41,269 nucleotides of DNA from Betaproteobacteria bacterium. Lineage in GTDB: Bacteria > Pseudomonadota > Gammaproteobacteria > Burkholderiales > SG8-39. Positions 20,826-31,515 of the stretch are shown one piece after another; the stretch's first letter is position 1; each line of letters begins with the position of its first letter. The notes below the pieces were generated by a model. That model worked only from the letters and a program-made list of their open reading frames with translations. It was not told the origin of the DNA and ran no database searches. Location: NCBI GenBank assembly GCA_016177575.1, contig JACOVA010000088.1, positions 1-41,269 of the forward strand, given 5' to 3'. A program made the translations under genes and the position numbers.

Positions 20826-22001
20826 ATGTCCAAGCCGTATGAGCTATCCACCCTCGGCGTACGCGCCGGCACCGCGCGCTCGCAGTTCAACGAGCACTCG
20901 GAGGCGCTCTACCTCACCTCCAGCTTCGTGTTCGCGAGCGCTGCCGAGGCCGCCGCCGGTTTCGGCGGCAGCTCGAGCGACTACGTCTACTCGCGCTATA
21001 CCAACCCCACGGTGTCGATGCTCCAGGACCGCCTTGCGGCACTGGAAGGGGCGGAGGCCTGCGTCGCCACCGCCTCGGGCATGTCCGCGATCCTGGCACT
21101 GTCGATGGTGCTGCTCAAGGCGGGCGACCACGTCGTGTGCTCGAACGCCGTATTCGGCGCCACGGTGCAGCTCTACGCGACGCTGCTGGCGCGCTTCGGC
21201 GTCGCCACCACCTTCGTTTCTCCCACCAAGCTTGCCGAGTGGGAGGGGGCGCTCAAGCCCAACACCAGGCTGCTCTTCCTCGAAACGCCGTCAAACCCGC
21301 TCGGCGAAGTCGCCGATATCTCTGCACTTTCTTCCGTCGCCAGGAAAGCGGGGGCAGCACTGGCCGTCGATAACGTGCTATGCACCCCGGCGCTGCAGCG
21401 CCCGATCGCGCTCGGCGCCGATTTTGTCGTGCACTCGGCGACCAAGCACCTCGACGGGCAGGGCCGGGTGCTGGGCGGCGCGGTCCTGGGGCGCAAGGGG
21501 CCGGCCATGGACAGCCTGGTCGGCTTCCTGCGCACCGCCGGTCCCGCGATCTCGCCGTTCAACGCCTGGGTGATCCTGAAGGGGCTGGAAACCCTGGAAA
21601 TCCGCCTGCTGGCGCAATCCGAGCGCGCACTCGAGCTTGCGCGCTGGCTGGAAAAGCACCCCGGCGTGGCGCGCGTGCACTACACGGGGCTCGCCTCGCA
21701 CCCGCAGCACGCGCTTGCCATGCGCCAGCAGAAGGCGGGCGGCGCCGTGGTCTCCTTCGAAGTGAAAGGCGGCAAGGACGCGGCCTGGAAGGTCATCGAC
21801 GCTACGAAGCTCATCTCGATCACCGGCAACCTCGGCGACGTGAAGACCACCATCACGCATCCCGCCACCACCACCCACGGGCGCCTGACGCCGGAGGCGC
21901 GCGCCGCGGCCGGCATTAGCGACGGGCTGCTGCGGGTCGCGGTCGGCCTGGAAGCGGTCGAGGACCTGAAAGCCGACCTCGCACGGGGCCTCGCCGCCTG
22001 A
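20826..22001 (+). CDS. metZ: O-succinylhomoserine sulfhydrylase
   Basis: HSEALYLTSSF, YSRYTNPTV, PLP lysine in HSATKHLDGQGR, NLGDVKT; follows purF. Confidence 0.94.
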   Translation: MSKPYELSTLGVRAGTARSQFNEHSEALYLTSSFVFASAAEAAAGFGGSSSDYVYSRYTNPTVSMLQDRLAALEGAEACVATASGMSAILALSMVLLKAGDHVVCSNAVFGATVQLYATLLARFGVATTFVSPTKLAEWEGALKPNTRLLFLETPSNPLGEVADISALSSVARKAGAALAVDNVLCTPALQRPIALGADFVVHSATKHLDGQGRVLGGAVLGRKGPAMDSLVGFLRTAGPAISPFNAWVILKGLETLEIRLLAQSERALELARWLEKHPGVARVHYTGLASHPQHALAMRQQKAGGAVVSFEVKGGKDAAWKVIDATKLISITGNLGDVKTTITHPATTTHGRLTPEARAAAGISDGLLRVAVGLEAVEDLKADLARGLAA

Positions 22002-22002
22002 A

Positions 22003-22737
22003 TCAGAAGCTGACCAGCCGCGGGCCTACCTCGTCCAGGGCGAGGTAGCCGCCGCGGCCGTACCAGTCGGGCAGAACCCAGCGCTCGCAAGCGTGCCCGT
22101 CGACCTCGTGCTCGTGGCGCGCCGGGCGGTGGGTGTGGCCGTGGATCATGCGGCGCACGTTGTGGCGGCGGAAGGCTTCGCGCACCGCGTCCTGGTTCAC
22201 ATCCATGATCTCTGCCGGTTTTGCGGCGATGACCTCTTTGCTTTTTTCGCGCAATCCCTGGATCGCCGCGTGGCGCTCCGAAAGCGACTTGGAGAGAAAG
22301 TCCTTCTGCCATTCGGCGGAGCGCGCGGTGCGGCGCCAGTTCTGGTAGTCGTGATCGTCGGTGCAGAGCGTATCGCCGTGCATCAGCGCGATTGCCTTGC
22401 CTCTGACTTGAATCACGGTCGGATCTTCGAGGAATCCGGCGCCGCTGGCGGAGAAGAATCCTTCAGCAATCAGAAAATCCCGGTTGCCGTGCATCACGCG
22501 GATCTCGACGCCGGCCTCCGACAACGATTTCAGTCCCGAGGCGACTTCCCGCGCGAGCGGGTCGCCGGCGCGGTCGGTGAGCTCGTCGTCGCCGGCCCAG
22601 TACTCGAACAGGTCGCCGAGGATGTAGAGCGCCTGGGCGCGGCGCGCCTCGTCGCCGAGGAAACGGAAGAACTGCTCGCTGGTGTCCGGGCGCTCCGCCG
22701 AGAGGTGCAGGTCGGAGATGAAGAGCGACCGGCTCAC
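22003..22737 (-). CDS. lpxH: UDP-2,3-diacylglucosamine diphosphatase
   Basis: SDLHL, GDLFE, GNRD, HGDTLCTDD, HGHTH, LPDW. Confidence 0.96.
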   Translation of the reverse strand: MSRSLFISDLHLSAERPDTSEQFFRFLGDEARRAQALYILGDLFEYWAGDDELTDRAGDPLAREVASGLKSLSEAGVEIRVMHGNRDFLIAEGFFSASGAGFLEDPTVIQVRGKAIALMHGDTLCTDDHDYQNWRRTARSAEWQKDFLSKSLSERHAAIQGLREKSKEVIAAKPAEIMDVNQDAVREAFRRHNVRRMIHGHTHRPARHEHEVDGHACERWVLPDWYGRGGYLALDEVGPRLVSF

Positions 22738-22738
22738 A

Positions 22739-23323
22739 TCACTTCTGGTCGGCCACCGGGGTGACGGACTCGATGACCACGGCCTCGCGCGGCACGTCGC
22801 GGTCGAACGGACCGCCGCGACCGGTGGGGGACTTGGCGATCTTCATGACCACGTCCAGCCCCGAGACCACCTTGCCGAACACCGCGTAGCCCCAGCCGTC
22901 CTGCGCGCGCTCGGCGTTGAGGAAGTCGTTGTTCTTGACGTTGATGAAGAACTGCGAGGACGCCGAATGCGGCATGTTGGTGCGCGCCATGGCGATGGTG
23001 CCGAGGTCGTTCGCGAGACCGTTCTTGGCCTCGTTCTGGATCGGGTCGCGCGTCTTCTTCTGCCGGTAGGCCTTGTCGTAGCCGCCGCCCTGGATCATGA
23101 AGCCGTCGATCACGCGGTGGAAGATGGTGCCGTCGAAGTGGCCGTCCCTGGCGTACTGCAGGAAGTTCTCCACCGTTTTCGGCGCCTTGGCGGGGTAGAG
23201 CTCGAGCCGGATCGTGCCGGCGCTGGTCTTGAGGTCCACCTGCGGCTCGGCCGCCATCGCGCCGGGCGCCGCTGCGGCGGCGGAGAGGACGACCAGAGGC
23301 TTCCACATGTCGATCAGCTTCAT
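22739..23323 (-). CDS. Cyclophilin-type peptidyl-prolyl isomerase with signal peptide (PpiA-like)
   Basis: [36 protein letters not shown]; ATGA overlap with the upstream gene. Confidence 0.93.
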   Translation of the reverse strand: MKLIDMWKPLVVLSAAAAAPGAMAAEPQVDLKTSAGTIRLELYPAKAPKTVENFLQYARDGHFDGTIFHRVIDGFMIQGGGYDKAYRQKKTRDPIQNEAKNGLANDLGTIAMARTNMPHSASSQFFINVKNNDFLNAERAQDGWGYAVFGKVVSGLDVVMKIAKSPTGRGGPFDRDVPREAVVIESVTPVADQK

Positions 23324-24471
23324 TCCCGGCCCTCGTAAAGGATGCGCCAGCGCGCGCCCTCCCGGATCCAGTACTGGCGCTTGCGCATGGCGTTGGAGAG
23401 GTTGCTCGAGCGGTAGTCCTGCTCGAAGCTCGCGACGACGAACTTCTCGCGCGGGTACTGGAACATGGCGAGCCGCGAGACGCCTACCTTGATCCAGCGC
23501 TTGGCGGCGTTCACCTTGCGCTTGTGCGCGGACCAGGCGGCGAGGTCCTGGTCGCCCGCGCTGAAGCGCGCGGCGTAGTGCGCGAGGTAGCGCTCGGTGT
23601 CGCGGCTCTCCCAGTCGGCGCGCCAGGCCTGGATCGCGTCGCCCAGGCCCTTGCGCTCGGCTTCGAGCGCCGGCGCGCTGGTCCACTCGATCTCGTCGGC
23701 AATGATCACCGGCGTCAGGCCGATCTGCAGGCTGCGGCCCACCGCGTCCAGGTCGGCGTTGGCAAGCACGATGCAGCCGTCGCTCGCGCGCGGCGGCCGG
23801 CTGTAGGTGTCGGAGGGCGTGCCGTGCAGCCAGATGCCATGCCCGTTGCGGCCCAGCCGCTTGTCCCAGGCGTTCGGATAGTTGATCGGGTAGGCGCCGG
23901 AGCCGTAGAAATCGGCAAGCTTCTGGCGCGGCAGGTTGGCAGTGACGTGATAGACGCCGAGCGGCGTCTTCTGGTCGCCTTCGCGCGTTTTCTCGACGCC
24001 GTTCTTGCCGAGGGTGACGTAGTAGTCGGCGACGAGCTGCGGCCGACCGCCGGCGTTCTCGAACACGTACAGCCGGGAGCGGCGCGAGTCGACGACCAGC
24101 GCGTGCCTCTGCCCGGCGTGCAGCTGCAGCACATGGCGCGGCACGCGGTCGCCGTTGGGCCGGTCGCGCAGCGCGCGCAGCCTGAGCAGAGCCTCGGCGC
24201 GCAGGCCCTCGACCTTCTCGCGCGGCACGGTCTTCGGCACGTTGCCGAAAGTCTCGAGCGGACGCGCGCGCGCCAGCAGCAGGTCGCCGCGGATCAGGTG
24301 CGCGAGGCGGAAATTCGGATGCGCGGCGAGCAGCGCCTCGACCCTCTGCATCGCCAGGTCGAGGCGCTTGGCCTCGATCGCCTCGAGCACCCCGGAGAGC
24401 GCCTTTTCCGGGCTCGCGCCAATTGCCGTGGAACAAACAACCAGCAGGAAGGCTGCCACATACAGCCGCAT
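23320..24471 (-). CDS. L,D-transpeptidase (YkuD) family protein with C-terminal NTF2-like domain (Csd6/Pgp2-like)
   Basis: Signal peptide, [20 protein letters not shown]...SDGCI (catalytic His/Cys), C-terminal W..DWE....YL.HY domain. Confidence 0.88.
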   Translation of the reverse strand: MRLYVAAFLLVVCSTAIGASPEKALSGVLEAIEAKRLDLAMQRVEALLAAHPNFRLAHLIRGDLLLARARPLETFGNVPKTVPREKVEGLRAEALLRLRALRDRPNGDRVPRHVLQLHAGQRHALVVDSRRSRLYVFENAGGRPQLVADYYVTLGKNGVEKTREGDQKTPLGVYHVTANLPRQKLADFYGSGAYPINYPNAWDKRLGRNGHGIWLHGTPSDTYSRPPRASDGCIVLANADLDAVGRSLQIGLTPVIIADEIEWTSAPALEAERKGLGDAIQAWRADWESRDTERYLAHYAARFSAGDQDLAAWSAHKRKVNAAKRWIKVGVSRLAMFQYPREKFVVASFEQDYRSSNLSNAMRKRQYWIREGARWRILYEGRE

Positions 24472-24479
24472 GCGGACGC

Positions 24480-25487
24480 TCAATTCAGCTTCTCCTGGCG
24501 GATCAGCCAGCGCCCGTCGGACTTCACCATGACCAGCGTCTTGGTGCTGGTCGACTTGATCAGGTCGGAGCGGTAACCCTGGCGGAAGGTGACGCTCGCC
24601 TGCCCGTCGGCGCCGATGCTCACCTTGGGCGACTCGATCGACACGGCGATGCTCCTCGGCGCGCTGATGCGCTGGCGGCGGAGCTTCGCCCAGGCCTCGC
24701 GTGGCTCGCCTTTCGGCGTCCTGAAATCGCTGGCGTAGGACGCGAGGTAGGCGTCGGCGTTCTTGGAGGACCATGCCTTCGCCCAGGCGTTGACGGCCTC
24801 GATCAGCTCGGCGTCGGCGGATTTCGCGGCGGCGGCCGGCTTCTCGGGCGCCGGCTTGAGCGCCGGGGCGGACGAGAGCGCAGCGACAGGCGCAGGCGGC
24901 TTGACCGCTTCAACCGGGGGCTTTGCGGGCTCTTTCCTGGCGCTTACGACCGGCTTGCTCGCGGGCGGCGCGCCGCCGACCAGATCGCGCACCAGCGCGA
25001 GCTTGTTCTTCGCCGCGGCGTTGGCCGAGTCGATCTGCAGCGCCTTGTCGTAGGCCTGGCTGGCGAGCTTGGCGTAGACGTCGCCCAGATTCTCGTACGC
25101 GGTGGCGTAGCTCGGATGGGTGCGGATCGACTGCTCGAGCGCGGCGCGCGCCTTGTCGTACTGCCCCTGCGCGGCGTAGATCACGGCGAGATTGTTGTAG
25201 GGCTCGGGAAGGTCCGGGTAATCCTGCGTCAGCTTGAGGAAAATCTCGGTTGCTTCCTTCGGATTGCCCTGCTCGGCGAAGATCAGGCCTTTGAGAAAGC
25301 GCGCCTGCGCATCCTTCGGCTTGGCGGCGAGCGCCTTGTTCACGCGCTCGAGCGCCTGCTGGTGCTGTCCCGACCTGAGCAGCTTGCTCGCTTCCTGCAC
25401 CTCGTCTGCGCGCGCCGCGAAGGACAACGCGAGCAACGCCGCGCACAGCGCCGCCGGCGCTGTGCGCGGGTCGGGGAAACGTATCAT
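24480..25487 (-). CDS. Exported TPR protein with C-terminal NTF2/SnoaL-like domain
   Basis: Signal peptide, TPRs ([21 protein letters not shown]), Pro/Ala linker, [14 protein letters not shown] domain. Confidence 0.88.
   Translation of the reverse strand: MIRFPDPRTAPAALCAALLALSFAARADEVQEASKLLRSGQHQQALERVNKALAAKPKDAQARFLKGLIFAEQGNPKEATEIFLKLTQDYPDLPEPYNNLAVIYAAQGQYDKARAALEQSIRTHPSYATAYENLGDVYAKLASQAYDKALQIDSANAAAKNKLALVRDLVGGAPPASKPVVSARKEPAKPPVEAVKPPAPVAALSSAPALKPAPEKPAAAAKSADAELIEAVNAWAKAWSSKNADAYLASYASDFRTPKGEPREAWAKLRRQRISAPRSIAVSIESPKVSIGADGQASVTFRQGYRSDLIKSTSTKTLVMVKSDGRWLIRQEKLN
25439..25469. repeat. Perfect 15-bp inverted repeat with 1-nt spacer
   Basis: CCGCGCACAGCGCCG-C-CGGCGCTGTGCGCGG. 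Confidence 0.9.
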
Positions 25488-25580
25488 TGTGTTATACTTT
25501 TCAAGGCCCTACGGAACCTTGCTCATTCTAGACTAAGCCCTGCCGGTTAACAACTTGGGCCGGCGCCGGACGGGGTCCGC

Positions 25581-26945
<1,365 letters not shown>

Positions 26946-26949
26946 ATCG

Positions 26950-26981
26950 ATCGGGTTTAATCCGGCTCTGACCCCGATTTT
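26950..26981. repeat. Imperfect hairpin; possible REP-like remnant or terminator
   Basis: ATCGGG...CTCTGACCCCGATTTT between cysS and the crotonase gene. Confidence 0.4.
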
Positions 26982-26995
26982 CCAAGGAGAAGCTC

Positions 26996-27790
26996 ATGGC
27001 AGACGTCATCATCGAGAAGCAAGGCGGCGTGGTCACCGCGACCCTCAACCGGCCGCAGGCGCGCAATGCGCTCTCCGACGAGATGGTGCGCTCGCTCGAT
27101 GCGATGTTCACCGAGGGCGAGCACGACGCCGCGGTGCGCTGCTTCGTGATCCGCGGCCAGGGCGAGCATTTCATGGCGGGCGGCGACGTGAAGAAGTTTT
27201 ATGCGAATCGCACCAAGCCGGCCGCCGAGCGGCGCGCCGACACCGAGAGGAGCGTGCACCAGCTGCACCTGCTCGCCTACAAGATGCGCCGCGCGCCGCA
27301 GCCGATCATCGCGTCGATCCGCGGCGCGGTCGCCGGCTTCGGCATGAGCCTGATGATGCTCGCCGACCTGGCAATCGCCGCCGAGGACGCGTTCTTCACC
27401 CTCGCCTACTGCCACATCGGGCTCTCGCCCGACGGCTCCTCCACCTACACCCTGCCGCGCATCGTGGGGCGCAGGAAAGCGATGGAGCTCGCGCTGCTGG
27501 GTGAGCGCTTCAGCGCGCAGGAAGCGCTGCGGCTGGGGCTCGTCAACAAGGTTGTTCCGGTTGCCGCGCTGGAAGAAGAAACCGACAAGCTCGCCAAGCG
27601 CCTCGCCGCCGGCCCGGCGCGGGCCTACGCGCACATGAAGCGGCTGTTCGAGAGCTCGATCGGCAACACGCTCGAGAGCCAGCTGCAGGCCGAGGGCGTG
27701 GGGGTCGCCGACTGCATGGCCTCGGACGATCTGGTCGAAGGTGTCACGGCGTTCGTCGAGAAGCGACCGCCGCGCTTCAGCGGCTCCTAG
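26996..27790 (+). CDS. Enoyl-CoA hydratase/isomerase (crotonase), PaaG-like
   Basis: [39 protein letters not shown]; AAGGAG SD upstream. Confidence 0.88.
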   Translation: MADVIIEKQGGVVTATLNRPQARNALSDEMVRSLDAMFTEGEHDAAVRCFVIRGQGEHFMAGGDVKKFYANRTKPAAERRADTERSVHQLHLLAYKMRRAPQPIIASIRGAVAGFGMSLMMLADLAIAAEDAFFTLAYCHIGLSPDGSSTYTLPRIVGRRKAMELALLGERFSAQEALRLGLVNKVVPVAALEEETDKLAKRLAAGPARAYAHMKRLFESSIGNTLESQLQAEGVGVADCMASDDLVEGVTAFVEKRPPRFSGS

Positions 27791-28911
27791 CCCTCGAAGA
27801 ACTCCTTCACCATATCGAGCCAGCCCTTGGCGCGCGGGTTGTGGCGCGCGCTGTCGCGCAGGCTGATCGTCTCGAACTCCTGCAGGAGCTCGCGCTGGCG
27901 CGGCGTGAGGTTGACTGGCGTCTCTACCACGACGTGGCAGAACAGGTCGCCGGGAAGGTGGCTGCGCACGCCCTTGATGCCCTTGCCGCGCAGGCGGAAG
28001 GTCTTGCCGCTCTGGGTCTCGGCCGGCACCTTGATGCGCGCGCTGCCGTCGAGCGTCGGGATCTCGATGTCCCCGCCGAGCGCCGCGGCGGCGAACGAAA
28101 CCGGCATCTCGCAATGCAGGTCGTCGTGGTCGCGCTGGAACACCGGGTGCGGCTTGAGGTGCACCTGGACGTAGAGGTCGCCCGGCGGCCCGCCGTTCAC
28201 GCCCGCTTCGCCCTCGCCCGAGAGGCGCACCCGGTCGCCTTCGTCGACGCCCGCCGGGACCTTCACCTGCAGCGTCTTCTGGTGCTTGACGCGGCCGGCG
28301 CCGCCGCAGGCGGTGCAGGGATGGGCGATCATCTTGCCGCTGCCGTGGCAGCGCGGGCAGGTCTGCGCGATCGAGAACGGGCCCTGCGAAACGCGCACCT
28401 GGCCGGCGCCGCGGCAGGTGGTGCAGGTCTGCGGCTGGGTGCCGGGCTTGGCGCCGGTGCCGTGGCAGATGGCGCACTCCGCCAGCGTAGGGATGCGGAT
28501 CTTGGTCTCGAAGCCGTGCGCTGCCTGCTCGAGCGCGATCTCGAGGTTGTAGCGCAGGTCGGCGCCGCGGAACACGCTGGAGCGCCCGCCGCGCGCGCCG
28601 CCGAAGATCTCGCCGAAGATATCGCTGAAGATGTCGCCGAAGCCGGCGCCGCCGAAGCCCGCGCCCGCGCCGGCCGCCGCGCCCGCGTCGACGCCCGCAT
28701 GCCCGAACTGGTCGTACGCCGAGCGCTTGTGCGCGTCGGTGAGCACCTCGTAGGCTTCCTTCGCCTCCTTGAAGTGCTCCTCGGCTTTCGGATTGTCCGG
28801 ATTGCGGTCCGGATGCCACTTCATGGCGAGCTTGCGGTACGCCTTCTTGATGTCTTCCTCTGAGGCGTCCCGGTTTACGCCGAGCACTTCGTAGTAGTCG
28901 CGCTTCGCCAC
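27787..28911 (-). CDS. dnaJ: Chaperone DnaJ
   Basis: J domain with HPD, G/F region, four CxxCxGxG motifs. Confidence 0.98.
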   Translation of the reverse strand: MAKRDYYEVLGVNRDASEEDIKKAYRKLAMKWHPDRNPDNPKAEEHFKEAKEAYEVLTDAHKRSAYDQFGHAGVDAGAAAGAGAGFGGAGFGDIFSDIFGEIFGGARGGRSSVFRGADLRYNLEIALEQAAHGFETKIRIPTLAECAICHGTGAKPGTQPQTCTTCRGAGQVRVSQGPFSIAQTCPRCHGSGKMIAHPCTACGGAGRVKHQKTLQVKVPAGVDEGDRVRLSGEGEAGVNGGPPGDLYVQVHLKPHPVFQRDHDDLHCEMPVSFAAAALGGDIEIPTLDGSARIKVPAETQSGKTFRLRGKGIKGVRSHLPGDLFCHVVVETPVNLTPRQRELLQEFETISLRDSARHNPRAKGWLDMVKEFFEG

Positions 28912-28929
28912 GCGCAGCTTTCTCCGGGC

Positions 28930-30879
28930 TTAGCCGGTTTTCTTGTCTTTGACCTCGGTGTACTCGGCGTCGACCACGTTGCCGTCGTCCTGCTTCGCCT
29001 CCCCGCCGCTCTTGGCCTCGCCGCCGGCCTCCTGCGCGGCCTGCTCCTGCTTGGCCTGCGCCTCGGCGTAGACCTTCTCGCCGAGCTTCTGCGCCGCCTG
29101 CGCGAGCGCCTGGGCTTTCGCATCGATCTCTGTTTTATCTTCTGATTTCAAGACCGATTCAGCTTCCTTGAGCGCGGTCTCGATCTTGTCTTTCTCGCCC
29201 GCTTCCAGCTTGTCGCCGTAGTCCTTGAGCGACTTGCGGATCGAGTGCACCAGCGCCTCGCACTGGTTGCGCGCGTTGACGAGCTCGAGCGCCTTGCGGT
29301 CCTCCTCGGCGTGCGCCTCGGCGTCCTTCACCATGCGCTTGATCTCCTCCTCGGTCAGGCCGGAGCCCGCCTGGATCTTGATCTTCGCCTCCTTGCTGGT
29401 CGCCTTGTCCTTGGCGGTGACGTGCAGGATGCCGTTGGCGTCGATGTCGAAGGTGACCTCGATCTGCGGCAGGCCGCGCGGCGACGGCGGGATGTCAGCC
29501 AGGTTGAACTGGCCGAGCGATTTGTTGCCGCTCGCCATGTCGCGCTCGCCCTGCAGCACGTGGATCGTCACCGCGGTCTGGTTGTCCTCCGCGGTCGAGA
29601 ACACCTGCTGCGCCTTGGTCGGGATGGTGGTGTTCTTCTGGATCAGCTTGGTCATGACGCCGCCCAGCGTCTCGATGCCGAGCGACAGCGGCGTGACGTC
29701 GAGCAGCAGCACGTCCTTGACGTCGCCCTTGAGCACGCCCGCCTGGATCGCCGCGCCCACCGCCACCGCCTCGTCCGGGTTGACGTCTTTGCGCGGCTCC
29801 TTGCCGAAGAACTCGCGCACCTTGTCGATCACCTTGGGCATGCGCGTCATGCCGCCCACCAGGATCACGTCCTGGATGTCGGAGACCTTGACGCCCGCAT
29901 CCTTGATCGCGATGCGGCAGGGCTCGATCGTCTTCTGGATCAGGTCGTCCACCAGTGACTCGAATTTCGCGCGCGTGATCTTCATCGTCAGGTGCTGCGG
30001 CGCGCCGCCCGACATGGCGATGTAAGGCTCGTTGATCTCGGTCTGCTGGCTCGAGGAAAGCTCGATCTTGGCGCGCTCGGCGGACGACTTCACCCGCTGC
30101 AGCGCGATCGAGTCCTTGGCCAGGTCGACGCCGCTCTGCTTGCGGAACTCCTCCACGACATGGTCGATCAGCCGCTGGTCGAAGTCCTCGCCACCGAGGA
30201 AGGTGTCGCCGTTGGTCGAGAGCACCTCGAACTGGTGCTCGCCCTCGACCGCCGCGATGTCGATGATCGAGATGTCGAACGTTCCGCCGCCGAGGTCGTA
30301 GACCGCGATCTTGCGGTCCTTGCCTTCCTTCTTGTCCAGCCCGAAGGCAAGCGCAGCCGCGGTCGGCTCGTTGATGATGCGCTTGACCTCCAGCCCCGCG
30401 ATGCGGCCGGCGTCCTTGGTCGCCTGGCGCTGCGAGTCGTTGAAGTAGGCCGGCACCGTGATCACGGCCTCGGTGACTTCCTCGCCCAGGTAGTCCTCGG
30501 CGGTCTTCTTCATCTTGCGCAGGACGTCGGCCGAGATCTGCTGCGGCGCGAGCTTCTTGTCGCGCTCCTCGATCCACGCGTCGCCGTTGTCGGCCCTGGC
30601 GATCTTGTAGGGCATCAGGCCGATGTCCTTCTGTACTTCCTTCTCCTCGAACTTGCGCCCGATCAGCCGCTTGACGGCGTAGAAGGTGTGCTTGGCGTTG
30701 GTCACCGCCTGGCGCTTGGCCGGCGCGCCGACCAGGATGTCGCCGTCGTCGGTGTAGGCGACGACCGACGGGGTGGTGCGCGAGCCCTCCGAGTTCTCGA
30801 TCACCTTGGGCTTGCCGCCCTCCATGATCGCTACGCAGGAATTGGTGGTGCCGAGGTCGATGCCGATGATCTTTGCCAT
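28930..30879 (-). CDS. dnaK: Chaperone DnaK
   Basis: [33 protein letters not shown]. Confidence 0.99.
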   Translation of the reverse strand: MAKIIGIDLGTTNSCVAIMEGGKPKVIENSEGSRTTPSVVAYTDDGDILVGAPAKRQAVTNAKHTFYAVKRLIGRKFEEKEVQKDIGLMPYKIARADNGDAWIEERDKKLAPQQISADVLRKMKKTAEDYLGEEVTEAVITVPAYFNDSQRQATKDAGRIAGLEVKRIINEPTAAALAFGLDKKEGKDRKIAVYDLGGGTFDISIIDIAAVEGEHQFEVLSTNGDTFLGGEDFDQRLIDHVVEEFRKQSGVDLAKDSIALQRVKSSAERAKIELSSSQQTEINEPYIAMSGGAPQHLTMKITRAKFESLVDDLIQKTIEPCRIAIKDAGVKVSDIQDVILVGGMTRMPKVIDKVREFFGKEPRKDVNPDEAVAVGAAIQAGVLKGDVKDVLLLDVTPLSLGIETLGGVMTKLIQKNTTIPTKAQQVFSTAEDNQTAVTIHVLQGERDMASGNKSLGQFNLADIPPSPRGLPQIEVTFDIDANGILHVTAKDKATSKEAKIKIQAGSGLTEEEIKRMVKDAEAHAEEDRKALELVNARNQCEALVHSIRKSLKDYGDKLEAGEKDKIETALKEAESVLKSEDKTEIDAKAQALAQAAQKLGEKVYAEAQAKQEQAAQEAGGEAKSGGEAKQDDGNVVDAEYTEVKDKKTG

Positions 30880-30889
30880 GTCGTTTCCT

Positions 30890-31438
30890 TCAGTTCGAGT
30901 CTAACCCTGTGTCCGATATGGGGTTTCCCGGGCCGCTTTCAACCGCCTTCGCGACCGTGACGAGCGCCGGGCGCAGTACCCGGTCGTGCAGGCTGTAGCC
31001 CTTCTGCATGACTTCGACCACGGTATTCGGCTCCGCCGCGGACTCGACGGCCGCCATAGCCTGGTGAACGTGGGGATCGAATCGCTCTCCGGGCCCCGGG
31101 TTGATCTCCCTGATGCTTGCTTTTTCGAGTGACGCCTTCAACTGGCGGTACGTCAGCTCGATCGCGCTCACGTCCTTCGCCTGCAGCGCTGTCTCAAGGC
31201 TGTCCATCACGGGCAGCAGGGTTTCGGCGAAACGCTCGACGCCGTACTTGTGCGCGGCAGCGACGTCGGCGCGCGCCCGCTTGCGCGTGTTGTCGGCCTC
31301 CGCGACCGCGCGCATCCAGGCCTCGCGCTGCTCCTCGATGCGCGCCTGCGCTTCGGCCAGTAGCTTGTCGAGGGTCTTCTCCTCGGCGGAGGCGGGGCTG
31401 CCTTCGGCTGCTCGGGTTTCGGGGTTAGATTCAGACAT
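30890..31438 (-). CDS. grpE: Nucleotide exchange factor GrpE
   Basis: [43 protein letters not shown]. Confidence 0.97.
   Translation of the reverse strand: MSESNPETRAAEGSPASAEEKTLDKLLAEAQARIEEQREAWMRAVAEADNTRKRARADVAAAHKYGVERFAETLLPVMDSLETALQAKDVSAIELTYRQLKASLEKASIREINPGPGERFDPHVHQAMAAVESAAEPNTVVEVMQKGYSLHDRVLRPALVTVAKAVESGPGNPISDTGLDSN
30916..30943 (-). promoter_or_regulatory. Sigma32 (RpoH) promoter of dnaK, located inside the grpE 3' end
   Basis: Minus strand GTTGAAA-N13-CCCCATAT. Confidence 0.85.
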
Positions 31439-31451
31439 ACAAGGCGTTTGA

Positions 31452-31477
31452 ATTGGGGCGAGCCAGTCGGTTTCAAG
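31452..31477 (-). promoter_or_regulatory. Sigma32 (RpoH) promoter of grpE
   Basis: Minus strand CTTGAAA-N12-CCCCAAT. Confidence 0.75.
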
Positions 31478-31515
31478 CCCCTGAGGGAAGATTATTTGTC
31501 TTTTTGAACAAGGAG

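Noticed and set aside
29135-29155. CTTGAAA inside dnaK as a sigma32 promoter for dnaJ
   Set aside because: No CCCCAT-like -10 at the right spacing.
29225-30960. ORFs antisense to dnaK
   Set aside because: A well-known artefact of hsp70 codon usage; there is no independent evidence of coding.
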